From Balanoglossus misakiensis (Eukaryota; Animalia; Hemichordata), in the NCBI GenBank assembly GCA_040954595.2, contig CM082595.2, positions 9,067,510 to 9,131,509 on the forward strand: a DNA stretch of 64,000 bases, in the 5' to 3' direction. Below are positions 48,623-57,290 of this stretch, one piece after another. The notes below the pieces were generated by a model, which was given only the letters and a program-made list of their open reading frames with translations, was not told the DNA's origin and did no database searches. The translations under genes were made by a program, and so were the position numbers. Position 1 is the stretch's first letter; every line of letters begins with the position of its first letter.

Positions 48623-51600
48623 TTAATAGTGGCAATTAATAAATGGTATAGAAGATAAAGTCGTATGAGCAAACTGTTTTAGATTCCATTGTTCGGGACT
48701 ATATCTATCTGGAGGTCGTCTCTGTCGTGTAGGATAGCGTGGTTCAGGTTGAGTACTACTACTGGAGTCAGGACTGATGTTGGTTGTAGCAGGAGTGATA
48801 CCATCTGGATCGCTCGATGACCAACCATCCGTACTTTGCAAAATATGATTCGAGAAATCTGAGGTAAGTGCTTGAGAAGGTCCATCCGGATTAACCATAC
48901 TTGTGGGGTTGTCCATCAGGGAACTTTCTCTTCTGGATGGGATGAATTCTGCAGCAGTAGGATTAAGAGCATTGTGTTCTGTTGGCAAGTTGATAGTTGA
49001 CACGAATTGCAATTTACCAATGCCGTCATCCTCTTCGTCCACTGCATCCTGGGTAGCATCGTTGATAACACCCGGTACACTCTGCTTAACATCACGCTGC
49101 GTCATCTTGGTGTTAACATCGTCATCCAGTTCGTCCGGAATTATTGGTATTGGGAGTAGCAAATTTCTATGTAGTGTCCGCTTCCTTCCACCCTTAACTT
49201 GTTTTTGTACCACGTATACTGGAATGTCTTCTATGGGCTGTGAAATCACTGTATATGGATCCTTTTCCCATTGGTCTGCCAATTTGTAATTGTCTTTAGG
49301 TCCTGTATTCTTCACCAACACAGTATCACCAGGTTGTATTATGGCCACCTTCACTTTTCTATCATATGACTTCTTCTGCCGTTCACCAGACTTAACAGAC
49401 CGTTCCGTTGCTACTTTATAGGCGTAATCCAACCGTTCGGCAAGTTTCGTCACATAATCTGAAACTGTTCCACCATATTCTAGGTTGGTCTGGTCTGCAT
49501 GTCCAGATACATCTATAGGCAGTCTTGGTTCACGACCAAACATCAAAAAGAAAGGTGAATATCCGGTGCTTTCATGCTTTGTAGAATTATAGGCATGAAC
49601 CATCGTATTGACATGTGAAGCCCATCTTGTTTTGTTGTCTTCATTCATAGTTCCCAGCATCTGTAATAACGTCTTATTAAATCGTTCGCACATTCCATTT
49701 CCCTGGGGGTGGTATGGAGTGGTCCTGGACTTCTTGATATTTGCTATTCGGCAAAGTTCCTGAATTGTAGACGACTCAAAGTTTCGCCCCTGGTCACTGT
49801 GTAATCGTCCTGGGAACCCATAATGCAAAATCAAATGTTCAAACAATGCTTTGGCAGTTGTTTTGGCAGACTGGTTCTTTGTAGGTACTGCTATAGCGTA
49901 TCGAGTGAAATGGTCCGTCATCACTAATATGTTGCTATATCCTTGATCTGGTGTTGGTATATGGAGAAAGTCGATGCACACCATTTCCATCGGTTGTGAT
50001 GTGTGAATATTAACCAAGGGAGTTCTGGGTAAGGAAGTTGAACTTTTCCTGCGAATGCATGGTAAACAATGTTCCACTTTCTTTTGAACATCCATCGACA
50101 TCCTAGGCCAGTAGAATCTTCGTCGTACCAGATCCAGGGTTTTATCTTGGCCAAAGTGTCCAAGTTTATCATGTAGTTCCTCCAGGACATCTTTTCTATG
50201 GTGTACTGGTAAGACAAGTTGCAAATATTGTATATCATCGATGAAGCATTTCCTGTATAGGACTCCATTCTTCAGAACAAGGCGTTTCCAATCTCGTATA
50301 AGTAGTCTGATATCTCCTGTATGATCTCTCATAAGTGGTTTGTGGTCCTTTTCAAGCTGATCAGTCACATACCGTATTGTTGAATCTTTGGACTGCTCCG
50401 TCTTCCAGAACACATCATCCCCACCTTGAACTACTGCAGGTCTGTCCTCATCTGCTACCATTCCGAATGAAGTTACGTATGGACCTTCTGTTGCTCGACA
50501 AAGCGCCTGGACTACATCGGCTCCCAGATTGGTTTCCGTCTCTGGATTCTCTCTATTCCATGGAATCCTAGACAAAGCGTCAGCCTCTATATTCTTCTTA
50601 CCACTCCGGTAAACAATAGAGAAGTCGTACAATGACAAGTCTGACAACCATCTGTGTCCCACCGCATCCAGTTTCGCAGAAGTTAACACATACGTCAAAG
50701 GGTTGTTGTCTGTAAACACAGTGAATTTGCTTCCATACAGGTAGTCGTTGAACTTCTTGGTGACGGCCCATTTCAGTGCCAAAAATTCTAATTTATGAGC
50801 TGGATAATTACTTTCAGACTTGGTGAGTCCTCTACTTGCATAGGCAATTACTCTGAGAATACCTTTCTGGCGTTGATACAGCACTGCTCCCAGACCTGTG
50901 GAACTTGCATCAGTATGTATTTCAAATGGAAGTGAGTAGTCAGCAAAGGCTAGTATTGGTGACGACATTAGGCTCTTCCTCAGAGTGTCGAAAGCTTGTT
51001 GTTCCTGTTGTCCCCACTGGAGTTTTTCAAATTTTCCCGCCTTATTCCTTGACTGACGTCCACACAGCAAGTCGTTAAGTGGCTTGGCAATATTACTGTA
51101 GCTTTGGATAAATCTCCTGTAATACCCTGCAAATCCAAGAAATCTTCTCAGTTCTGTTACAGTAGTGGGTATTGGCCATTCCTTCAGAGCTGCTACCTTG
51201 TCTGGGTCCGTTGTAATTCCGTCGGCTGATACCACGTGTCCAAGATATTTCACCTTCTTCTGGAATAAAACACATTTCGTTGCCTTCAACTTTAATCCAT
51301 GTGATGCCAGCCGCTGGAATACCCGCTCCAATCTATTGAGGTGGTCTTCAAAAGTCTTCGAAAATACTATGATGTCATCTAAATACACACAACATTCTCT
51401 GAACGCCAATTCTCCAAAACACTTCTCCATGAGACGCTGGAAAGTTGCAGGTGCGTTGGTCAGACCCATAGACATACGGTTGAATTCAAATAAGCCGAAG
51501 TTTCCCACCGTGAAAGCTGTCTTCGCTTTGTCGTCTTCCGCCATCTCTACTTGGTAATATCCAGACCGTAGATCAAGCGATGAAAACCACTCGGCGTTAC

Positions 51601-52882
51601 TAAGGTTATCAAGCGTATCCAATACCCGGGGTAATGCGTAAGCGTCTTTAATGGTTTTGGCGTTGAGACGTCTATAATCAATACACACCCTCAGCTTCCC
51701 ATCAGGTTTTCTGACACATACAACATTTGAGGACCACGGGCTGTTTGATTCTCTAATCACACCACTCTGTAGCATATCTTGCAGGTACTGTTGCAATTCT
51801 TCGTACATACCCATAGGGATTCGACGGTATTTATCTTTAAAGGGGGTTTCATCCGTTAACTTTATCGAATGTGTTACCAATGTTGTGTGTCCCAAATCTC
51901 TCTCACCTGTAGAGAACACGGTTTGCCATTTACCAATGGTAGCCAAGGCTTGGTCTTTCTGGATTTCTGTTAATTCTGTATCTGCCTCTTGTAATCCCAG
52001 GTCTTGTATCAGCCAATCGGGTACTTTTGGTGAGGTGGTCCCATCTGAGTTTGTATCAATATCATCTCCATATGGATCTAAAGGCTGTGAGACATTAGAT
52101 GCTAAGTTCATGTTACATAGGGTGCTTTTAGGGGGAACTGTGACAGCATGTGCTCCATAGTTGGTCACCATTACTGGGATTCGACACGAATTACCACGAG
52201 GCTCTAACTTCAACACGGCTGGAGTAACAAGTAAACCACCAGGTAAAAGTCTGTCATTTTCTGGTTCCACCACAACTACTGATTGACAATTTCTTAGGTC
52301 CACTCTGCAAAATCCATGGATGACTGTGCGTTCGTATGGTCCAATGGTTGTGGGTTTAGTAGTGGTAACTGTAAATGTCCTACCTTCGGCCCTCTGCCGG
52401 TGGATAGTCGCTTGGTATGCTAGTCTCCATACTGAGGATAGGTCTGTACTGTACTGTGTATCTTCATCCACAAAATGTTGGAGAACATTTGTGCCTATCA
52501 CAACTGGAACCATCTGATTATATTCCGTGTCTTCAACAACAAGCAATAATACATCTTTAGACATCTCTTGTCCATGGCTATCTGGGAATTTCACTTCAAC
52601 TTCAATATAACCAAGGTAAGGAACTTCTGTACCACTAGCCCCTTCTACCTTCACCAAGTTGTTCAGGTCATGAATTGGTTTCTGTAGCTTCTCTCTGTTA
52701 AAAGTGTCAGCAACAGTAGATACCATGGACCCGGTGTCTATCAGCGCAATACACGAGGATCCTTCCAACACAATCTCAGTTTCATTGGCGTGGCCTATTA
52801 AAGAATCAATAACATTAGAGGGACTGTTACCGTTCCGACCTAGCGCATGTCCCTCCGGATGCCTGGTCGCTCCCCATTTAAA
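48623..52882 (-). CDS. pol: Pol polyprotein (protease, reverse transcriptase, RNase H, integrase), expressed by -1 frameshift from gag
   Basis: Motifs ALIDTGS, LDLRSGYYQ/YLDD, TDAS, the HHCC zinc finger and D,D(35)E (CIDF/HSDQGRNFE/GMCERFN), and a C-terminal RQRRPPDRY. The frame is open back to the slippery heptamer at 52876-52882, so the track's start at 52771 is not the true start. Confidence 0.96.
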   Translation of the reverse strand, partial: FKWGATRHPEGHALGRNGNSPSNVIDSLIGHANETEIVLEGSSCIALIDTGSMVSTVADTFNREKLQKPIHDLNNLVKVEGASGTEVPYLGYIEVEVKFPDSHGQEMSKDVLLLVVEDTEYNQMVPVVIGTNVLQHFVDEDTQYSTDLSSVWRLAYQATIHRQRAEGRTFTVTTTKPTTIGPYERTVIHGFCRVDLRNCQSVVVVEPENDRLLPGGLLVTPAVLKLEPRGNSCRIPVMVTNYGAHAVTVPPKSTLCNMNLASNVSQPLDPYGDDIDTNSDGTTSPKVPDWLIQDLGLQEADTELTEIQKDQALATIGKWQTVFSTGERDLGHTTLVTHSIKLTDETPFKDKYRRIPMGMYEELQQYLQDMLQSGVIRESNSPWSSNVVCVRKPDGKLRVCIDYRRLNAKTIKDAYALPRVLDTLDNLSNAEWFSSLDLRSGYYQVEMAEDDKAKTAFTVGNFGLFEFNRMSMGLTNAPATFQRLMEKCFGELAFRECCVYLDDIIVFSKTFEDHLNRLERVFQRLASHGLKLKATKCVLFQKKVKYLGHVVSADGITTDPDKVAALKEWPIPTTVTELRRFLGFAGYYRRFIQSYSNIAKPLNDLLCGRQSRNKAGKFEKLQWGQQEQQAFDTLRKSLMSSPILAFADYSLPFEIHTDASSTGLGAVLYQRQKGILRVIAYASRGLTKSESNYPAHKLEFLALKWAVTKKFNDYLYGSKFTVFTDNNPLTYVLTSAKLDAVGHRWLSDLSLYDFSIVYRSGKKNIEADALSRIPWNRENPETETNLGADVVQALCRATEGPYVTSFGMVADEDRPAVVQGGDDVFWKTEQSKDSTIRYVTDQLEKDHKPLMRDHTGDIRLLIRDWKRLVLKNGVLYRKCFIDDIQYLQLVLPVHHRKDVLEELHDKLGHFGQDKTLDLVRRRFYWPRMSMDVQKKVEHCLPCIRRKSSTSLPRTPLVNIHTSQPMEMVCIDFLHIPTPDQGYSNILVMTDHFTRYAIAVPTKNQSAKTTAKALFEHLILHYGFPGRLHSDQGRNFESSTIQELCRIANIKKSRTTPYHPQGNGMCERFNKTLLQMLGTMNEDNKTRWASHVNTMVHAYNSTKHESTGYSPFFLMFGREPRLPIDVSGHADQTNLEYGGTVSDYVTKLAERLDYAYKVATERSVKSGERQKKSYDRKVKVAIIQPGDTVLVKNTGPKDNYKLADQWEKDPYTVISQPIEDIPVYVVQKQVKGGRKRTLHRNLLLPIPIIPDELDDDVNTKMTQRDVKQSVPGVINDATQDAVDEEDDGIGKLQFVSTINLPTEHNALNPTAAEFIPSRRESSLMDNPTSMVNPDGPSQALTSDFSNHILQSTDGWSSSDPDGITPATTNISPDSSSSTQPEPRYPTRQRRPPDRYSPEQWNLKQFAHTTLSSIPFINCHY

Positions 52883-54264
52883 GGACAGTCTGTCTTTTTG
52901 TGTCCATGTTCACCACACTTGAAGCAAGTGCCTGGGAAAACTTGTTTGGGTTGGCGAGTTCCATCGTTGCCACGCCGATCCCGGCCATTTTCATTGTTGA
53001 CACGTCGGCGAAAAGTAGACTCTGGAGTTGATGATGTTGAAGTTCGCTTCTCTAGTTCAGCAACCTTCTCAGCTAAGTTCTTCAGACCTTTGGTAAGTTC
53101 CTCCAATTTGGTTATCATCGTCTTGTCAGCAACAGTTGCTTGGTGAACCCTGGTAGTGGTCTCCCTATTTACTTCAAGCTTTCTTGCGGCTAGCAACAAT
53201 CCTGAATAATCTTCTCCCGTATCATATCGGTGTCTGATTGCATTCTTAATGTGCTCATCTGACAGGCCAGACAAGAATTTGGTTCGAAGCATGGTTTCTT
53301 CTGAATTACTAGAGATGGACTGACCTGATCTGAGTTCATCCAAAAGTCCTTCGATGCGACAGGCCCATTCTGCTACCTTTTCTGTCTTCGTTTGTCGTGC
53401 TGTATAGAATTTTTCCAAAACTGCTTCCGGTGGCAATACTTTCCCAAAGACCATGTCCATCTTCGCCATCAATCGGGACACTGTGATGTCTTCTCCCATA
53501 TGTAGTAGGACTTCAGCAGCGGACGCTCGTAGGGATTTCCGAACAGCCTGCATAATTATGGTCTCCGGAAACACATTCTCCCTCTGTAGTGCTCGAACTT
53601 CATATCGCCACATTTCATAAGTGACATCACCTTTGCCAGAGAAGACGACTATTCTTGGGAATTCCACCGAGTGAAAAGCAGTAGTGGCTGTGGCTGGCTG
53701 TGCAGCAGCTGCTTGGGCAGGTGAAGACATAATAAATGGTGAAGAATCTGCAACTGAAGTTGGTACTGGAAATGCTGGAAATGGAATCGGCTGTGGCATA
53801 GGGGTTGATACGATTGGTTTCAGTGGAGCAGGTGATATGGCCTGTGCAACCGCTTTCCTATCTGCTTCAGACAGTAAACTCAACATGTTAATAATTTCCT
53901 GTACATCTGCTTTGGGTTTGGATGTCTTGGGATCACTGGTTTCATTGTAATCTAGGCCAGTACTTTGTTCGGTTTCCTCAATTAAATGCCACAGTTCCAA
54001 CCCTCGGGCTGTGGTCACACGACTTGCCCGTAATTTGCTTTCTTCAAAAGTGATTTTATGTATTACTGGCAGAGCGGCTGTGGCTGATTCTATATTCTCA
54101 AATATGACAAAAGCGGAATCTTTATCAGAAATATAAATTTGATCAACCTGGGCCAAACCAAGCTGTAACTCGATAAATTCTCTAAAATGTTTCTTTGTAC
54201 ATTCAAAAGGCAAGTGTTGCACATAAATGCTTCGCTCTTGAATTGATATTTTGGACACAGCCAT
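52840..54264 (-). CDS. gag: Gag (474 aa): N-terminal RRM-like domain, Pro/Ala linker, PNMA/retrotransposon capsid domain, coiled coil, CCHC knuckle
   Basis: ATG at 54264 after an A-run. RNP2/RNP1-like SIYVQHLP...SAFVIFEN, FSGKGDVTYEMWRYEV capsid start, and CFKCGEHGHKKTDC. Confidence 0.93.
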   Translation of the reverse strand: MAVSKISIQERSIYVQHLPFECTKKHFREFIELQLGLAQVDQIYISDKDSAFVIFENIESATAALPVIHKITFEESKLRASRVTTARGLELWHLIEETEQSTGLDYNETSDPKTSKPKADVQEIINMLSLLSEADRKAVAQAISPAPLKPIVSTPMPQPIPFPAFPVPTSVADSSPFIMSSPAQAAAAQPATATTAFHSVEFPRIVVFSGKGDVTYEMWRYEVRALQRENVFPETIIMQAVRKSLRASAAEVLLHMGEDITVSRLMAKMDMVFGKVLPPEAVLEKFYTARQTKTEKVAEWACRIEGLLDELRSGQSISSNSEETMLRTKFLSGLSDEHIKNAIRHRYDTGEDYSGLLLAARKLEVNRETTTRVHQATVADKTMITKLEELTKGLKNLAEKVAELEKRTSTSSTPESTFRRRVNNENGRDRRGNDGTRQPKQVFPGTCFKCGEHGHKKTDCPLNGERPGIRRDMR

Positions 54265-55320
54265 TTTTTTTTTCCATACAATGAGAGGCAATTTGGGAGG
54301 ACTCTGACGTGTCGTTAAATACGATGCAATGCAAGCTATTTCACTGGAAAATCTTAACAATAATATCAGTATCTACTGGCATAGCACATACGTTAACAGG
54401 GAATGAAATAAGCATAGAATAGCTTACAGACACTGCCAAAGGTTCTATAGAGACTAATGTATGATTTGGATGAATACGACCATTCATGGACAGTCTCAAT
54501 AATAATGAAACAACTAAATAACTAATACAATAATAAACTAACTCAAGTCAATATACAATATTTAACTTATAACTTAATATTTTTTTTTCAACAAGTGCTG
54601 ACAAATTTTTTTTTTCCCATGTCGTTTGGAAAATAATGAACTGAAATTTACAAAGAAAATTATACTTCAGCACTTAACCAAAATATACTGTTGAAAGAAA
54701 ATATTTTTTTTTTTCTTTTTAAAGCAGGCTAAAGGCAACAAAACATGGGTTTATATCCACATGGAGCCCACTTCAACAATTAAATCAAAGTCAAAACTAC
54801 TTTGACCACATTGCATTATATAGACAATATTGAAATTTCTAAGAAAAATTTACAAACATTACGTTACACCAGGTTCTACGGCGAATAACCAGAAAGTTCG
54901 TTTGCAATAAAATACCCAGTCCACAAGTTCAAGTCCGAAGTTATCACAGATGGAAACTATGCGCCACGGACGGAATTTATGCGCACTGTCTATAGTTCGC
55001 ACGGAATAACACTGTCAAGTTCTGGACACACAATACCTTGTATACCGCGATGAACACTTCACACTAAACAGTTCCGGCCGGTAACAGTTCAGCGACTTCA
55101 CCACTTGGCACTCTGCAGAGAATTTTCCTCGCCGTTGACGCTTGGACCTGGCTCCCGTCTGTCTGCAGTCCGGGTGGCTCCCCAAGGACGTCCAGCTCAG
55201 CGAAAGACACACCTGGTTGGGCGTTGTCCGTTGTCCAGACACTTCTGACCAGTTAAAACATGGCACTTGTCAGTATCATCCTCTCCGTCCCGAAAAAAAG
55301 AACTTGCGTAGGAATTGCCA

Positions 55321-55339
55321 AATCCTGCCGACTACGCCA
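55321..55339 (-). promoter_or_regulatory. Primer-binding site complementary to the tRNA-Ser 3' end
   Basis: The minus strand reads TGGCGTAGTCGGCAGGATT two nt after the 5' LTR. The + strand AATCCTGCCGACTACGCCA matches the eukaryotic tRNA-Ser(AGA/TGA) 3' end plus CCA. Confidence 0.9.
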
Positions 55340-55341
55340 TT

Positions 55342-55985
55342 TGTCACGGTTGTCGCCGTTCATTCCAACATATTCACACCAAACAGGTTACGGGTAACAA
55401 AGACATAGGCCTTACATTTAATAACTGAAATGGAACAAATACATGTCAGTTCCAACGTGTGTGGCCGGTCTGGCTACAGAGGTGAACTGCTAAATTACAC
55501 ACATGTATGGGAGTTCACCTCCAACAGAATACACCAAAATTCATGCAAGTGAAAAATATAGACATACAATTGGAAAATTGACGCAAGTTAAAGACACCAA
55601 TTACTTGTGCTGAAATGAGTCGGTAGAATGCACCAAAATACAAAGCTTCAAGCAACAGGTAAGGTACAAGGAAACTAACCTGAAATGGAACAAATACATG
55701 TCAGTTCCACAACGTGTGTGGCCGGTCTGGCTACAGAGGTGAACTGACCAATTTTATGCACCATGTCCTTTTATATCAGCAATTACATCATAGTGCCAGA
55801 TTAGCTTGTGTTCATTGGTCAAATGAAACTTCCAGGTGGTTTGCATATAATTAAGATCAACCAATTGAAGGTAAGTACTATTACGTCATATGAATAATTG
55901 AATAACTAATTACTATAAGATACAGGTATAACATACATACAGATATACATGTATACAAATTCAATGGATCAACAAGGCCGTTACA
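55342..55985 (-). repeat. 5' LTR
   Basis: TGTAAC...GTGACA, 644 bp, adjacent to the PBS. Confidence 0.97.
55742..55775 (-). promoter_or_regulatory. LTR core promoter: TATA box plus initiator
   Basis: TATAAAA (55775-55769) and a TCAGTT initiator whose +1 A (55745) lies 30 nt downstream. ATTAAA poly(A) signal at 55422-55417. Confidence 0.7.
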
Positions 55986-56049
55986 TGTCCAAGCCTTGTT
56001 AGGATCTCCCGTAAAATTCTACTCAAATGATGTATACTTTCATACCTAC

Positions 56050-56131
56050 GACTGACAGGTATTTTCAGCGTTGCCAGCTGATTGTCTGTCAGGTACCGCT
56101 TTATAACAAGACGCCCCTCTGAGTTGATAAC
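56050..56131 (-). pseudogene. Exon: C-type lectin N-terminal part
   Basis: cag|...|gtaggt, 82 nt, phase 1-2. GYQLRGASCYKAVPDRQSAGNAENTCQS joins the neighbouring exons in frame (CPE|G ... CQS|FYGGHL). Confidence 0.88.
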
Positions 56132-56830
56132 CTGCAATGTAACATCATTCAATTGGTCTAGTCATGTTAGCATTAGTAAAATGCTTCAAAAGTGTTAAAG
56201 GGACATGATACAAGACACCGTTTATGTTAGTGAATGAACGTTCAACCACACACAACTTCCATCCGGCTTGTATGATACGAGAGTAAAAACTCGCCCGAAA
56301 TGAATAAATGGTAGAGACCGTTTATTCATTTTGGCGACTTTTTAAAACTCTCGTGTCTATACAAGCGGAGTGGAAGGTGTGTATGGTTGAACGTTGATTC
56401 ACTATATCCACATGTAGAATAATATAAACGCAGTCTTGTATCAAACATAATTAATGGAAAAAGGGCAGCGAGAGAGAGACTTTGTCCCTTTAATGAATAC
56501 AGCCACAATGTTCTGTTTATATCTACTGACGGACCAGACATGGATTGTCACGTATAATTCTTTGAAACGTTTGGTCCTCTGAAGAAATCTGAGCACTCAT
56601 CTACTCAGTTTGCTTATTTTGTCTTCCTCCACCAGTCAGTGGTATCGTCCGATTTGATACTCCACTCTAAGCCTCTTTCTGAATGGCTATTTAAGTTGTG
56701 ATCTGTAAGTCTTAAACCTTTCATCACCCCCCCCCCCCCGTTTCCTCTTTAGAGGTCCAACATTACCATATAAAACAATTGGTTTTGACTGAACCATGTT
56801 GGTGAAAGGGCTAGGGTCAATTCAACTTAC

Positions 56831-56888
56831 CTTCTGGACATTCATATTTCACAAAGGGTGTTCCAAACAGTGCTCCAAGATCCAATTG
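56831..56888 (-). pseudogene. Exon: N-terminal segment ending in the first C-lectin cysteine
   Basis: cag|...|gtaagt, 58 nt, phase 0-1. QLDLGALFGTPFVKYECPE. No signal-peptide exon was identified in the window. Confidence 0.8.
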
Positions 56889-56959
56889 CTGTTACAAATA
56901 AACAATAAGTTAGCTGCCAGTACACTCAATGATGTACGCGCAGAACGTCAACTGGTAAA

Positions 56960-57290
56960 CAGTGCGCCTGTGTCTCTTCCCATAGGAGTACATGGAGAAT
57001 AGTTAGAAAACTCCCTTCTATTATTGTCATTTTCAGGAAATTTTACACATAGCTCCGACAAATCAAAATAAATTCACCACGGTCTATTTTGAGATAAACT
57101 TTGTTCAATATTGTATCCATAGGCAAACCATTGGTAGAAAATGCTGACCGTCAGCAGTTTTCTTCAATTATCGACTAAATTCACGGCCTTGTTTAAAGTC
57201 GAAAACAAGTGCAGTGACCCAAAATGGATTTTCATTATACATACAAATCAGAAACGAAAATCCACGATTAAAAGAAATGACAATACAAAA
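56960..57290. repeat. Unclassified interspersed repeat (inverted copy at ~31120-31480, fragment at ~32525-32675)
   Basis: Shared motifs AAATTTTACACATAGCTC, CTATTTTGAGATAAA, CAAACCATTGGT, TTATCGACTAAATT and ATTAAAAGAAATGAC. Confidence 0.7.

Larger units (their letters stand above)
47920..55985 (-). mobile_element. Full-length intact Ty3/Gypsy LTR retrotransposon (8066 bp)
   Basis: Two 644-bp TG...CA LTRs, identical on inspection. 4-bp TSD TGTC (47916-47919, 55986-55989). PBS present, gag and pol uninterrupted, domain order PR-RT-RH-IN. Confidence 0.98.
30891..56888 (-). pseudogene. Unprocessed pseudogene / 5' part of an Uninflatable-like multidomain extracellular protein gene (C-type lectin - CUB x3 - CCP/Sushi x4 - EGF_CA x2)
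   Basis: 16 colinear exons with matching phases and mostly GT-AG boundaries. The domain order and the second EGF with its LYANNGTGGFY...ETG...DVYTFNQSCV insert resemble Drosophila Uninflatable (from recall, not searched). Lesions: TGA at 38436-38438, acceptor AG>CG at 37634-37635, lost donor near 40350, and a frameshift plus truncation at 34005-34105. Confidence 0.82.

Noticed and set aside
48564-49300. Possible env or chromodomain after the integrase
   Set aside because: The pol tail is low-complexity S/T/P/D ending in the common RxRRPPDRY motif. Only ~60 bp separate the stop from the 3' LTR, and the short overlapping ORFs are antisense or alternative-frame shadows.
54265-54360. 32-aa N-terminal gag extension in the ORF track
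   Set aside because: It starts at a non-ATG codon. The ATG at 54264 after an A-rich context directly precedes the RRM.
55321-55339. tRNA-Ser 3' sequence with CCA
   Set aside because: Only 19 nt with no cloverleaf upstream. It is the retrotransposon PBS, not a tRNA gene.
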